This document shows, piece by piece, positions 1 to 9,571 of a stretch of DNA of 64,000 nucleotides. Every line of letters starts with the position of its first letter. Within the stretch, counting starts at the first letter, position 1. The notes beneath the pieces were generated by a model, which worked only from the letters and a program-made list of their open reading frames with translations, made no database searches and was not told the origin of the DNA. Source of the DNA: Fidelibacterota bacterium. Lineage in GTDB: Bacteria > Fidelibacterota > Fidelibacteria > Fidelibacterales > DSDE01. The DNA is taken from contig JBJKQR010000012.1 of the NCBI GenBank assembly GCA_046735395.1, positions 128,001 through 192,000 of the forward strand, written 5' to 3'. A program made the translations under genes and the position numbers.

Positions 1-1
1 G

Positions 2-565
2 GGCCTTGACTTTCATAATGTGACCCTCGTCGGCATCATCAACGCAGACATAGGCGCCTTTCTGCCGGATTTCCGATCCGGCGAACAGCTGTTTCAGTTG
101 ATCTCTCAGGTGAGCGGACGTGCGGGACGGGGTGAAAAATCCGGGCGGGTTCTGATACAGACTTACAATCCGGAACTTCCGGCGCTGGATCTGGTTGTCA
201 AGAACAGGCAGAGCAGCTTTTACCATCAGGAGCTTGATCTCAGGAAAGAATTGAATTATCCGCCCTACAGCCGTGTGGCGCTGCTGCGTTTCATCGGGCG
301 GGATGCGGAAAGGGTCGCCGATGCGGCGCGTGCCTGCCGGACACTGCTGGCCGGGGAGGCCGGACGGATTGCCCTGATCGGGCCGGCGCCGGCTTCAGTT
401 GAAAAAGTACAGGGACTGACACGCTGGCAGATCCTGCTGAAAAGCAGCCGGGAACGGGATCCCTCGGCGGCCAGGCTCCATGATCTTCTGGTGAAAGCGC
501 GAAATATGCCGCTCCCGGCGGGAGTCCGGCTGCAGGTGAATATGGATCCCATGTCAATGAGCTGA
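2..565 (+). CDS. priA: Primosomal protein N' (PriA), C-terminal part, truncated by window start
   Basis: Frame from position 2 reads GLDFHNVTLVGIINAD..LPDFRSGE..QVSGRAGR..IQTYNP..YPPY, the PriA helicase C-terminal motifs. Confidence 0.95.
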   Translation, partial: GLDFHNVTLVGIINADIGAFLPDFRSGEQLFQLISQVSGRAGRGEKSGRVLIQTYNPELPALDLVVKNRQSSFYHQELDLRKELNYPPYSRVALLRFIGRDAERVADAARACRTLLAGEAGRIALIGPAPASVEKVQGLTRWQILLKSSRERDPSAARLHDLLVKARNMPLPAGVRLQVNMDPMSMS

Positions 566-569
566 AAAG

Positions 570-1481
570 ATGCGCCGGTTTCGTCATATTATTCTCGTTG
601 CCGTCCTGTGCGGCCTGTCGGCTGTGGCTGCAGCAGGGGAAACGGTATTTCATCTGATCGCCCCCGACACCTCGAAGAAATATGTTCGGAATATCCGCCG
701 GAATACTCAGGATCTTCTGAGTGAAATTCAGGAAAAATGGGGACTGACACCGGACAGCTTTCTGGTAATCATTGCATCGGATGAAGAGGAATTTCAGAAA
801 CAGGTGAGCCCGGATTTTCCATCCTGGGGCGTCGCTGCCGCAAAGTATCCCGAGCCTTCCATTATTCTCAGAGCGCCGGGTTTCGGACGGAAATCCGCAA
901 CGGGGCTGCGGGGTACCATCGCGCATGAACTGATACACCTGTCGCTGCTGCCGCTGATACGGGATAAATATTTCCCGCGATGGATGAACGAGGGGTTTGC
1001 GCAGTATTTCGCCGGGGGCGAATCCATCCGACAGAAAATAATAATGGCTCAGGCTGTCTCATATCAGAGTCTTCCCACCCTCAGCAAGATAGATGATGTC
1101 CTGAAATTCAATGAACAGCGGGCCAGCCTTGCCTATGCTCAGAGTATCAGTGCCTTCAGCTATCTGATCAATGAATTCGGAGAGGAACCCTTTCGCAATT
1201 TTCTCCATCTGCTTCAGAACGAATATTTTGATGAAGCCTTCGAGAATGCCTACGGTTTTGACGAAGCGCTGTTTGCCAGCAGCTGGGAACATTGGGCCCG
1301 GCGTCATTACCGCCCCTATCTTCTTCTGGATGTCTACTCCTATTTATGGTCCCTGACCCCCATTCTGCTCATGCTGGGATGGCTTCGCATGCAGAGACGG
1401 AAAATACGGCTGTACCGTGAATGGGAGACGGGGGAATCGGAGGATCCGGATACGAAAAATGGCAGTCCTGAAGAAAATTAA
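570..1481 (+). CDS. Peptidase MA-family (gluzincin) metallohydrolase with signal peptide and C-terminal TM helix
   Basis: AHELIH (HExxH) followed by PRWMNEGFAQY; N-terminal signal peptide. Confidence 0.8.
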   Translation: MRRFRHIILVAVLCGLSAVAAAGETVFHLIAPDTSKKYVRNIRRNTQDLLSEIQEKWGLTPDSFLVIIASDEEEFQKQVSPDFPSWGVAAAKYPEPSIILRAPGFGRKSATGLRGTIAHELIHLSLLPLIRDKYFPRWMNEGFAQYFAGGESIRQKIIMAQAVSYQSLPTLSKIDDVLKFNEQRASLAYAQSISAFSYLINEFGEEPFRNFLHLLQNEYFDEAFENAYGFDEALFASSWEHWARRHYRPYLLLDVYSYLWSLTPILLMLGWLRMQRRKIRLYREWETGESEDPDTKNGSPEEN

Positions 1482-1497
1482 TCCTTATATTTGCATC

Positions 1498-2397
1498 ATG
1501 AATTTTGCCCGCAACCGTATTTATTCACAAATTCTGATAATGATTCTGCTGCTGTCCGGAGGACAGCTTTTCGCCTCGGATACCTACGAAAATTATGCCC
1601 TGGCCTGGCAGAAGGGCATGGCGGGAACAGGGATGTCTCTGTCCTCCAATGCGGGAAGCATCTGGCTGAATTCCGCGTCTGTGCCCGCATCCCGGCTCGA
1701 AGCGGAAAGCGACCTGAGTTTTCTGCCTGCCGGAATCAGTGTGTCAAATCTGAGCGTAAACTGGCATCCCCGGTCAAAGCTGGCCATCGGCGCAGGAATA
1801 AATTCAGAGAATTTCGGATCCTTTGACCGCCGGGATCAGCAGGGCAATCTCATCGGTTCCTTTTCCGGGAACCGCAGCCAGATGATCCTCAGCGGAACGT
1901 TGATTCTGAACCGGCGTCTGTCTCTCGGTTACAGCCGTCGTTTCATTCGACAGAAGATCGACGATCGCGCTTACAACCTGAGCGGCGGACAGACAGGACT
2001 CATCCTGTCGGATCGGCAGGGCATTACAAGCCTGGCGCTGACCCAGACCACCTTCAGTGACGAAGAGCAGCCGGTGCTGGTCGCGGCACTTTCCCGGAAG
2101 CTGGCCTACCTGCCTCTGCGGCTCAGTGTGGAAAACCGCTATGAAGGCAAACTGAATATGACCGATACGTCCATCGGCGCATTTATCGAACCCGGACAGG
2201 ATTTTGATTTCTTCGCGGGACTGAATTTTCAGCGTTTTGACATGCAGACACAGAGCCTGGGCGACGATTTTCTGGCAGGATTGGCCGGCGGAGCCGCCTG
2301 GAGCTATGGCAGAGGACGCATCTATCTGTCATTTTACCACTACGGAGGCCTGGGAATAAGCAGCAGCATGGGAGTGAGCTATGGATTTGAGAAATAA
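1498..2397 (+). CDS. Outer-membrane beta-barrel protein, PorV/PorQ-like
   Basis: Signal peptide from ATG 1498; amphipathic beta strands; FGSFDRRDQQGNLIGSF resembles PorV/PorQ-type barrels. Confidence 0.5.
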   Translation: MNFARNRIYSQILIMILLLSGGQLFASDTYENYALAWQKGMAGTGMSLSSNAGSIWLNSASVPASRLEAESDLSFLPAGISVSNLSVNWHPRSKLAIGAGINSENFGSFDRRDQQGNLIGSFSGNRSQMILSGTLILNRRLSLGYSRRFIRQKIDDRAYNLSGGQTGLILSDRQGITSLALTQTTFSDEEQPVLVAALSRKLAYLPLRLSVENRYEGKLNMTDTSIGAFIEPGQDFDFFAGLNFQRFDMQTQSLGDDFLAGLAGGAAWSYGRGRIYLSFYHYGGLGISSSMGVSYGFEK

Positions 2398-2782
2398 TAA
2401 GATACGCAGTCTCATCGGGATGGGGACCAGTCTGATTTTCATCATGATTGTATCCTGTTCCCAACCCGGAAATCGGGTCAGCAACGTGAGCTGGACCAAT
2501 GATATCAAACCCGTACTTGATACCCAGTGCGTCAGCTGTCACAATCAGGGCCTTCCCAGCGGCGGTATCCGTCTGGATAATTACACCGGTGTTTCCGGTT
2601 CCCTGTCCATGAATACGGGAGAAACCATCGTCAAACCGGGTGATGCGGCAAATTCTTTGCTGTATATTGTCATCAGTACCGATGATCTGACCCGTCGTAT
2701 GCCCCGGAATGCAGCGGCACTCTCGGTGGATACGCAGCAGCTGTTTTATGTGTGGATCAATGAAGGAGCGGTGCAAAACTGA
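2381..2782 (+). CDS. Monoheme c-type cytochrome lipoprotein (planctomycete cytochrome C-like domain)
   Basis: Lipobox IVSC; IKPVLDTQCVSCH; PGDAANSLL..RMP..WINEGA pattern. Confidence 0.8.
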   Translation: MDLRNNKIRSLIGMGTSLIFIMIVSCSQPGNRVSNVSWTNDIKPVLDTQCVSCHNQGLPSGGIRLDNYTGVSGSLSMNTGETIVKPGDAANSLLYIVISTDDLTRRMPRNAAALSVDTQQLFYVWINEGAVQN

Positions 2783-3408
2783 AATCATCATTTTTTATAA
2801 GTTTTGAAGGGTTGGACGGAAGCGGCAAGAGCACGCAGGTTACGCTTCTGAAGAATTGGCTGCTGGAACGAAAATTCCGGCCTGTTGTGTGTCGTGACCC
2901 CGGTACCGACGACATCGCGGAAATAATTCGTAACATATTACTGGATCCGCAAAACCGGATAGATCCGGTTACGGAAATTCTCCTGTACGCAGCTGCCCGG
3001 TCAGCGCTGGTGACGAAGAAGATTGATCCTGCTCTTCAGGATGGTCAGGTGGTTATCTGCGACCGCTTCTATGATTCGACCAGTGCCTATCAGGGAAAGG
3101 GCAGGGGCCTGTCTGCCGATCTCATCCGCCAGCTGAATCTCATCGGTAGCCATGGGCGGGTTCCCGATCTTACATTTTTTCTTGATATAGATATTGAAAC
3201 CGGCCTGAAGCGCCTCGACCGCCAGGGCAGCCGTGACCGTATGGAGTCGGAGACGATACAGTTCAAGGAACGCGTTCGCCGTGGTTTTCTTGAGCTGGCG
3301 GCTGCGGAACCGGAGCGATTTCATACCGTGGACGGGACGCGGAGTGAGTCGGACCTGCACGGTGAGATCGTATCCGTCATTAAAAAGAGGTTTTTAGACA
3401 ATGCGTAA
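2779..3408 (+). CDS. tmk: Thymidylate kinase (probable CTG start at 2779)
   Basis: FISFEGLDGSGKSTQ, CDRFYDSTSAYQG, PDLTFFLD; the conserved FISFEG lies upstream of the called TTG 2812. Confidence 0.95.
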   Translation: MKSSFFISFEGLDGSGKSTQVTLLKNWLLERKFRPVVCRDPGTDDIAEIIRNILLDPQNRIDPVTEILLYAAARSALVTKKIDPALQDGQVVICDRFYDSTSAYQGKGRGLSADLIRQLNLIGSHGRVPDLTFFLDIDIETGLKRLDRQGSRDRMESETIQFKERVRRGFLELAAAEPERFHTVDGTRSESDLHGEIVSVIKKRFLDNA

Positions 3409-5041
3409 AATTATTTTCATCCGTATCGCCATTCTGCTTCTCGCCGTGGCGTCACTGCAGGCCACGGACTACAAACGATCCATGCAGGCCCAGCAGAAAT
3501 TATTGCGGGCCTATGCAACCCTCATTACCAATTATGCGGATGAGCTCGATCCGATGAATCTGACTGATGCAGCCATTGACGGAATGACAGGGAAGCTGGA
3601 TCCCTACACGGTGCTGCTGAAAGCCCAGTCGAAATTTCGTATGGATGTGCTGACTCACGGAGAATACGGCGGCGTGGGAATCCGTATCGGTTCGCGGAAT
3701 GACTCGCTCACGGTCATCTCACCCATGGAGGACAGCCCGGCCTGGAAGGCGGGAATTCTGCCCGGGGATAAGATTATTCGCATCGACAGTCTCTACACAA
3801 TCGGGCATAAACTGGATGATCTGGCCGAAATGATCAGGGGCCCCAAGGGAACAGAGGTTCAGCTGACTATTCTGCGAAGTAATTATGATGAAGCGCTCAT
3901 CTTCAGGCTGACGCGCACAAATATTGAAGTGCGCGAAATTCCCTATGCCGGCTTCATCGAGGATGGAACGGGCTATATCAAGCTCAACGGATTCAGCAAA
4001 CATGCGGCGGCGCAGCTCAGGAGCTATGCGGACAGCCTGCAGCAGAAAGGCATGAAACGCCTCATTCTCGATCTGAGAAATAACACGGGCGGACTTCTGG
4101 ATCAGGCTGTGGAAATTCTGAATCTCTACCTTCCCAAAGGGCAGAAAGTCGTTCAGACGCGCGGCCTGACGCGGGCCAGCAACCGGGAATTTTCCCTCAC
4201 CGAGCAGCCCCTCCTTCATAGCGATGTCCGCATCGCCATTCTGGTCAATCATGGTTCGGCATCCGCATCGGAAATCGTGGCCGGAGCCACTCAGGACCTG
4301 AACCGGGGTATTATCGTCGGCCAGACAACCTTCGGAAAGGGTCTGGTGCAGAATATCTTTCCCCTCGATGACAGCAGTGCCGTCAAAATCACCACATCCA
4401 AATATTATATCCCGTCGGGCCGGCTGATACAGAAGGAAGACTATTTTCATGACAATGAAATAATCAGCGCCAATCCCGATCTGAACCACGAATATTTTAC
4501 CCTGAGCGGACGCCCGCTCGCGGAAAATGGCGGTATTGTACCGGATTCAACTGTGGACGGCCACAGCGTGGGACCCATCGTTGTGGATCTCTGGCGCCGG
4601 AATATGTTCGCAGATTATGTGAGGATTACCCTTCTCGCGAATCCGAAGATGACCGGCCATGAAGACCCGGAAAGGTATTTCGATGATTTTGTTTCGTTTC
4701 TTAAACAGCGGGAGTATCATTTCGAACATCCCCTGCTGAAAAAAGTGACCGAGCTTGAGAAACGATTCAAGGATCAGGTGGGGGAGAATGACTTTGCGGA
4801 CCTGCAGCCAAGTTTCGATGCCCTGCGCGCCGCCCTGTCCGGGAACAGTGAGTCCCTGCTCAGGGAGTCCCGCGAAGAGATCATTCCCTTTCTCCGGGCC
4901 GAGATGCTGGGATTCCGCGGAGGACAGCATGACCGTATCGAAGGAACGCTGCAGGATGATGACGTGCTGCAGACCGCCGTTCATCTGCTGAAGGATGACA
5001 GCTACCTGAAATCACTGAAAATTGCCCCCTTCAATGAATAA
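3401..5041 (+). CDS. ctpA: S41A carboxyl-terminal processing protease
   Basis: LDPYT, GVGI PDZ domain, LDLRNN.GGLL, SASASEIVAG, TFGKGLVQ. Confidence 0.92.
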   Translation: MRKIIFIRIAILLLAVASLQATDYKRSMQAQQKLLRAYATLITNYADELDPMNLTDAAIDGMTGKLDPYTVLLKAQSKFRMDVLTHGEYGGVGIRIGSRNDSLTVISPMEDSPAWKAGILPGDKIIRIDSLYTIGHKLDDLAEMIRGPKGTEVQLTILRSNYDEALIFRLTRTNIEVREIPYAGFIEDGTGYIKLNGFSKHAAAQLRSYADSLQQKGMKRLILDLRNNTGGLLDQAVEILNLYLPKGQKVVQTRGLTRASNREFSLTEQPLLHSDVRIAILVNHGSASASEIVAGATQDLNRGIIVGQTTFGKGLVQNIFPLDDSSAVKITTSKYYIPSGRLIQKEDYFHDNEIISANPDLNHEYFTLSGRPLAENGGIVPDSTVDGHSVGPIVVDLWRRNMFADYVRITLLANPKMTGHEDPERYFDDFVSFLKQREYHFEHPLLKKVTELEKRFKDQVGENDFADLQPSFDALRAALSGNSESLLRESREEIIPFLRAEMLGFRGGQHDRIEGTLQDDDVLQTAVHLLKDDSYLKSLKIAPFNE

Positions 5042-5726
5042 AGTCAAACAGCGCCCCCCCTTCATCATGGGTTTGGTCCGCTTTTTTGCCAGACCCTTTA
5101 TCCGTCTCATGATGAAGATAAAAGTCGTGGGGCTGGAAAACATCCCGAAGGAGGGAGCCGCTCTTCTGGCGGCCAATCATTTCAGCTGGTGGGAACCGCC
5201 GTCCATGATCGTATCCTGCCGCAGGCCCATTTATTTTATCGCCGCCAATGATTTCCGATGGGACTGGCGCATCAGCTGGATCGTCCGGCTGTACGGAACC
5301 ATTCCTGTGGACCGGACCCGTTTTGAAAAGAAAACCATCGCACTGGCTCTGAAAAAACTTCGTGAAGGCCGCCTGGTCGGTATTTTTCCGCAGGGAGGGA
5401 TGCAGCAGACCGTAATTACAGATGCCAAACCCGGTGTGATGTACATCGCCCACCGCAGCGCTGTGCCCGTGATTCCTGTGGGAATATCCGGACAGATCAA
5501 TCCTTCATCCTCCTGGATGCGCCTGCGCCGTCCGTCTGTCACCGTGAGAATCGGTAAGCCATATCAGCTTCCTGCCCTGTCCGAGACCTGGGCGGAACAG
5601 AAAAAACAGATGACCGACAGCGGGAACGACCTGATGGCTCACATTGCCGCTCTCGTGGATCCGGCCCATCGGGGACATTTTGCGGAGCATCCCCTTACCA
5701 TTGCCTTATCCAAAGAGTATTTCTGA
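5034..5726 (+). CDS. plsC: 1-acyl-sn-glycerol-3-phosphate acyltransferase family protein
   Basis: ANHFSWWE (NHxxxxD variant), IFPQGG, PVIPVGI. Confidence 0.8.
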   Translation: MNKVKQRPPFIMGLVRFFARPFIRLMMKIKVVGLENIPKEGAALLAANHFSWWEPPSMIVSCRRPIYFIAANDFRWDWRISWIVRLYGTIPVDRTRFEKKTIALALKKLREGRLVGIFPQGGMQQTVITDAKPGVMYIAHRSAVPVIPVGISGQINPSSSWMRLRRPSVTVRIGKPYQLPALSETWAEQKKQMTDSGNDLMAHIAALVDPAHRGHFAEHPLTIALSKEYF

Positions 5727-6076
5727 ATCCCCGTCTTTTCTGAACAGTTTGGATTTGTATAAATAAAATCAGCTGATACTGTCACCCGATCAACCATTTT
5801 TGAGTGCTTTTCCCGCTGTTCGGAATTAATAGACCCGAAGAAAAACCTGAACCGTTCATTATTCTCAGAATCGGGAATAATTAAGCATCGCTGTTTCAAT
5901 ATATGCTAAATAATATATATAGTAAATATTGTAATCATGATAATGAATATCAGGCGGTCAGGGACATCCCGGGAGTCGCTATTCGATAGGAAACAGGGTA
6001 ATATTAATAATTTAAGTCGCATTTATGAACAGGGAGAAAATTATCCGGAAAACAGGGGCGGAAGGTTCGGAACAGG

Positions 6077-6092
6077 CTGGCATGGTTCTTGA
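6077..6092 (+). promoter_or_regulatory. Putative sigma54 -24/-12 promoter
   Basis: CTGGCATGGTTCTTGA matches TGGCAC/TG-N4-TTGC with GA at -12; about 55 nt upstream of the ATG at 6148. Confidence 0.6.
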
Positions 6093-6147
6093 CATATGCT
6101 CCGGCAATGACCACAACAGCATTTAATCGTAAGCAAAGGAGTAAGAC

Positions 6148-7080
6148 ATGAAGAAATGGTCAATGCTGATTTTAATCGTATCTCTTTTTGCAGTCATTTC
6201 CTGCACAAAGGACAAAGAGGACGCAGACGAATTCACCACGATGCTGAACACGGTTGAGGACATGGGTGGATTCCGCTTTGCTGCAGCTGCAGCACCTGAT
6301 GACACAACCAAAACTGCTGCCGAACAGGCTACGGCCTTCCTGGCGGACTTTTCGCTGATCGTGGATATACGAAGCGCGGAAGTCTATGGTACAGGCCACA
6401 TCGAAGGCGCAGTAAACTGGCCGTCTGCCGAGTTCAAAACCCGGCTGCTCGAAGCCAATCCCAGCGGTACTGTTCTCATCGTATGTTACACGGGCCAGAC
6501 GGCGAGTCACCTGCAGACCGTGGCAACTCTGATGGGCTATGATGCCAAGGTCCTGAAATGGGGAATGAGCGGATGGAATTCTCAGTTCGATTCCTGGTCC
6601 GGCAATGTAAAATCGGATTTCACCGCCTGGTCCACTGATACCTCAGAACCCACAGCGGACACCTATGATGCACCGGTTGTGGATACGGGTGAAAGCGATG
6701 GCGAAGCCATTCTGGACGCACGGCTGGATGAAATCGTGGCCGGTGGACTTCAGGGTGTGACCACGAGCGCAACCCTGGCTGACGAGTATGTGATCAATTA
6801 CTGGAAGCAATCAGACTGGGCTGATTACGGACATATTGAAAATGCCTACCGGATTACACCGGGAGATATTGTGTCCGACAGAGCCCTGTACAATATTCCC
6901 TCCGATCGGACCGTTTACATCTACTGCTATACGGGACAGACTTCGGCGGCTCTCACTAGCTACCTGAATACGCTGGGTTACACGACAAAATCCATCCGCT
7001 TCGGTGCTAACGGCATGATCTATCCCAATCACCCTGGAGCCTGGAGCCCCCGCAAGGTGGATTTACCCTTAGTTAAATAA
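6148..7080 (+). CDS. Tandem rhodanese-domain (sulfurtransferase) lipoprotein
   Basis: Lipobox VISC; two domains each with GHIE(G/N)A and active-site loop CYTGQT; SD AAGGAG. Confidence 0.88.
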   Translation: MKKWSMLILIVSLFAVISCTKDKEDADEFTTMLNTVEDMGGFRFAAAAAPDDTTKTAAEQATAFLADFSLIVDIRSAEVYGTGHIEGAVNWPSAEFKTRLLEANPSGTVLIVCYTGQTASHLQTVATLMGYDAKVLKWGMSGWNSQFDSWSGNVKSDFTAWSTDTSEPTADTYDAPVVDTGESDGEAILDARLDEIVAGGLQGVTTSATLADEYVINYWKQSDWADYGHIENAYRITPGDIVSDRALYNIPSDRTVYIYCYTGQTSAALTSYLNTLGYTTKSIRFGANGMIYPNHPGAWSPRKVDLPLVK

Positions 7081-7108
7081 TGTCTATTTTGTGTTATCGT
7101 TATGGGTT

Positions 7109-7140
7109 GGAAAAACAGCGGGCTTTCCCGCTGTTTTTCC
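7109..7140 (+). terminator. Intrinsic terminator (bidirectional-type hairpin)
   Basis: Perfect inverted repeat GGAAAAACAGCGGG-CTTT-CCCGCTGTTTTTCC. Confidence 0.85.
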
Positions 7141-7248
7141 ATAGATTAAATGAGATAAATCTGTATATTCTAATAAAATAACAGTTATGATGAAGACTTT
7201 CTTTTCACATGCACAGGGAAAAAACTATTTGGATATAGGAAAGGGAAA

Positions 7249-9051
7249 ATGGTGAAAATGAACAAGATACAATATTGGATCGGGAGTCTGCTGCTGCCCC
7301 TGTGTCTCGTTTCTGTCCAGCTTCATGCTGAAGAATTCGTCTGTCTGGACTGTCATGACGATTTTACGGCCGGATCGGTGCACGACAAGGTTGTAAGCTG
7401 CCAGAGCTGCCATGAGGATGTGGTGGATGAATCGCATATGGATAATGGCGCAGCCCGCGTGGATTGCGGCATGTGCCACTACAACCAGTCTGTCTTGTCA
7501 AAATCCAGTATGCATTATCATCTGGGTGATGCCGGTCCCAGTTGTTCAGACTGTCACGGTACCCACCAGATCATCTACCGGAGTTACTCAAATTCACGGA
7601 TCAGCAATCTGATGGTTCCGGAGACCTGCGGGCAGTGTCATCCGGATGAAGTGGAAGCCTACAAGCAAAGTATTCACTGGAATGAAGCCAAACGCGGTAT
7701 CAAGGAAGCGCCGGTATGTAACGATTGCCATATCGCTCATAATTTCAAACCGGATGATGATCCGAATGCGCTGGTGGACATGAAGAAATTTCAGGAGGAA
7801 ACCTGTATCCGCTGCCATGAAGATCCGGTAATCCGTAAGAAATACCTGATGGTGGAGGATCAGGCCTATTCCTATCAGGATTCATATCACGGTCTTGCCG
7901 TGATGCGCGGGGACAAGAAAGCCGCGTACTGCGTCGATTGTCATAATGTTCACAAGATACTGCGTCAGGACCATCCCGAATCCTCCGTCAATCCTGAACG
8001 CATCGTCAACACCTGCGGGAAGTGTCATCACGATGCCACGGTTGCCTTCGCCAATTCCTATACGCATCAGGATTACAGCAGCGAAGCGTCCACCATTACC
8101 TACTGGGTGAAGAAGATTTACATCTGGCTTATTCTCGTCGTCATCGGCGGCATGATCGCTCACAACCTGCTCATCACGGTCAGTCATCTGGCACGGGAAC
8201 GGCGCCGGACACAGGCGAAACAGATCCCCATTCCGCGCTTTACATCCAATGAGGTGGTTCAGCACTGGCTGCTGCTGACGTCGTTCATCATCCTGGCCAT
8301 CACCGGATTCATGCTCAGGATGCCCGACAGCTGGTGGGCCATCGGGCTGACAAAACTGGGTATCAGTGAAACAATCCGGCAGTGGATACACCGGGTTTCA
8401 GCTGTAGTCATGCTGATAACCGGATTCTACCATGTATTTTATCTCCTTGTGACGAATCGCGGCCGGGACGTACTCGTTTCCCTGTTTCCGGGAATCTCGG
8501 ATATTTCCGGCGTGTTCGGAAATTTGGCCTATTACCTGGGACTGCGCTCCGAAAAGCCTGAATTTGATCAGTACGATTATGCCGAAAAAGCGGAATACTG
8601 GGCGCTGATCTGGGGAACGCTGGTCATGGGCGTGACCGGATTCGTTCTCTGGTTCCCGACGCTGTTCGGCAGCATGGGGCCGGTCTGGCTGGTGAAGGTG
8701 TCCGAGATAATTCATTATTACGAAGCCATCCTGGCTACCCTGGCCATTATCGTCTGGCACTGGTTTTTCGTGCTCTTCAATCCGGAAACGAAAATGAGCT
8801 TTGCCTGGCTGGATGGGAATGTATCGCTTCATGATTATGAACATCACCATCTGCGCCGCTTCAAATATGTTCTGCTTGAATGGCAGCGCTACAGGAAGGG
8901 CCGTATCGATGTTCATGATTTCAAGCCCTACACGACGCTGGTCATTGATACGCTGAAGAAGCACAAATATGATCCGGATGAAGTATTTACCAGAGTTCTG
9001 GAAGAAAAGCCGGAGCTCCGGGCCTGGATTGAGGCGAATCTTGACCGCTGA
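7249..9051 (+). CDS. Nonaheme cytochrome c fused to an FdnI/HydC-type cytochrome b (CbcL-like quinol oxidoreductase)
   Basis: Nine CxxCH (CLDCH, CQSCH, CGMCH, CSDCH, CGQCH, CNDCH, CIRCH, CVDCH, CGKCH), then TM domain with QHW, IHRVSA, YH, EKAEYWALIWG, IHYYEAILA, WHW. Confidence 0.88.
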   Translation: MVKMNKIQYWIGSLLLPLCLVSVQLHAEEFVCLDCHDDFTAGSVHDKVVSCQSCHEDVVDESHMDNGAARVDCGMCHYNQSVLSKSSMHYHLGDAGPSCSDCHGTHQIIYRSYSNSRISNLMVPETCGQCHPDEVEAYKQSIHWNEAKRGIKEAPVCNDCHIAHNFKPDDDPNALVDMKKFQEETCIRCHEDPVIRKKYLMVEDQAYSYQDSYHGLAVMRGDKKAAYCVDCHNVHKILRQDHPESSVNPERIVNTCGKCHHDATVAFANSYTHQDYSSEASTITYWVKKIYIWLILVVIGGMIAHNLLITVSHLARERRRTQAKQIPIPRFTSNEVVQHWLLLTSFIILAITGFMLRMPDSWWAIGLTKLGISETIRQWIHRVSAVVMLITGFYHVFYLLVTNRGRDVLVSLFPGISDISGVFGNLAYYLGLRSEKPEFDQYDYAEKAEYWALIWGTLVMGVTGFVLWFPTLFGSMGPVWLVKVSEIIHYYEAILATLAIIVWHWFFVLFNPETKMSFAWLDGNVSLHDYEHHHLRRFKYVLLEWQRYRKGRIDVHDFKPYTTLVIDTLKKHKYDPDEVFTRVLEEKPELRAWIEANLDR

Positions 9052-9075
9052 TTTTCCGGGATAAAATGATTAAGC

Positions 9076-9105
9076 AGGGGTGGAGCAAAACTCCGCCCCT
9101 TTTTT
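9076..9105 (+). terminator. Intrinsic terminator
   Basis: AGGGGTGGAG-CAAAA-CTCCGCCCCT followed by a T-run. Confidence 0.8.
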
Positions 9106-9202
9106 CAAATCTCTGAAAGTAAGACTTTGGTTTTTCCCCTGTTTTAAATAAATTTCGCCATTATGATTTTAAGTTTGGTCATCAATCGATGAGGAGGAAC
9201 TA

Positions 9203-9571
9203 ATGGGATACTTGACCAGGAACGTGGCCAGTACGCTGGGATGGTACCTGCAGCGTGTATCGGCAATTCTGATTTCCGTCGGATTGCTTGTACATTTCTG
9301 GGTACTGCATTTCACAATGACTCGGCCTGTTACATTTGAAAAAGTTCAGGAAAGACTTCTGTCTCCGGGATGGGTCACTTTTGACCTGATACTGCTTGCT
9401 GCTGTGATCTATCATGGACTCAACGGCCTGTGGAATATCCTGACAGACTATAATCCTTCACCCGCACTCAGAAAATTCTATGGTTGGCTGATCGTTGCCA
9501 TAGGACTGCTTCTGGTGTATTTCGGCTATGTGATTCTCATGCCTTTTGCCACGGCGGGAGGTGTCAGATGA
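9203..9571 (+). CDS. sdhD: Succinate dehydrogenase hydrophobic anchor subunit
   Basis: WYLQRVSA, YHGLNGLWNILTDY; three TM helices. Confidence 0.8.
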   Translation: MGYLTRNVASTLGWYLQRVSAILISVGLLVHFWVLHFTMTRPVTFEKVQERLLSPGWVTFDLILLAAVIYHGLNGLWNILTDYNPSPALRKFYGWLIVAIGLLLVYFGYVILMPFATAGGVR

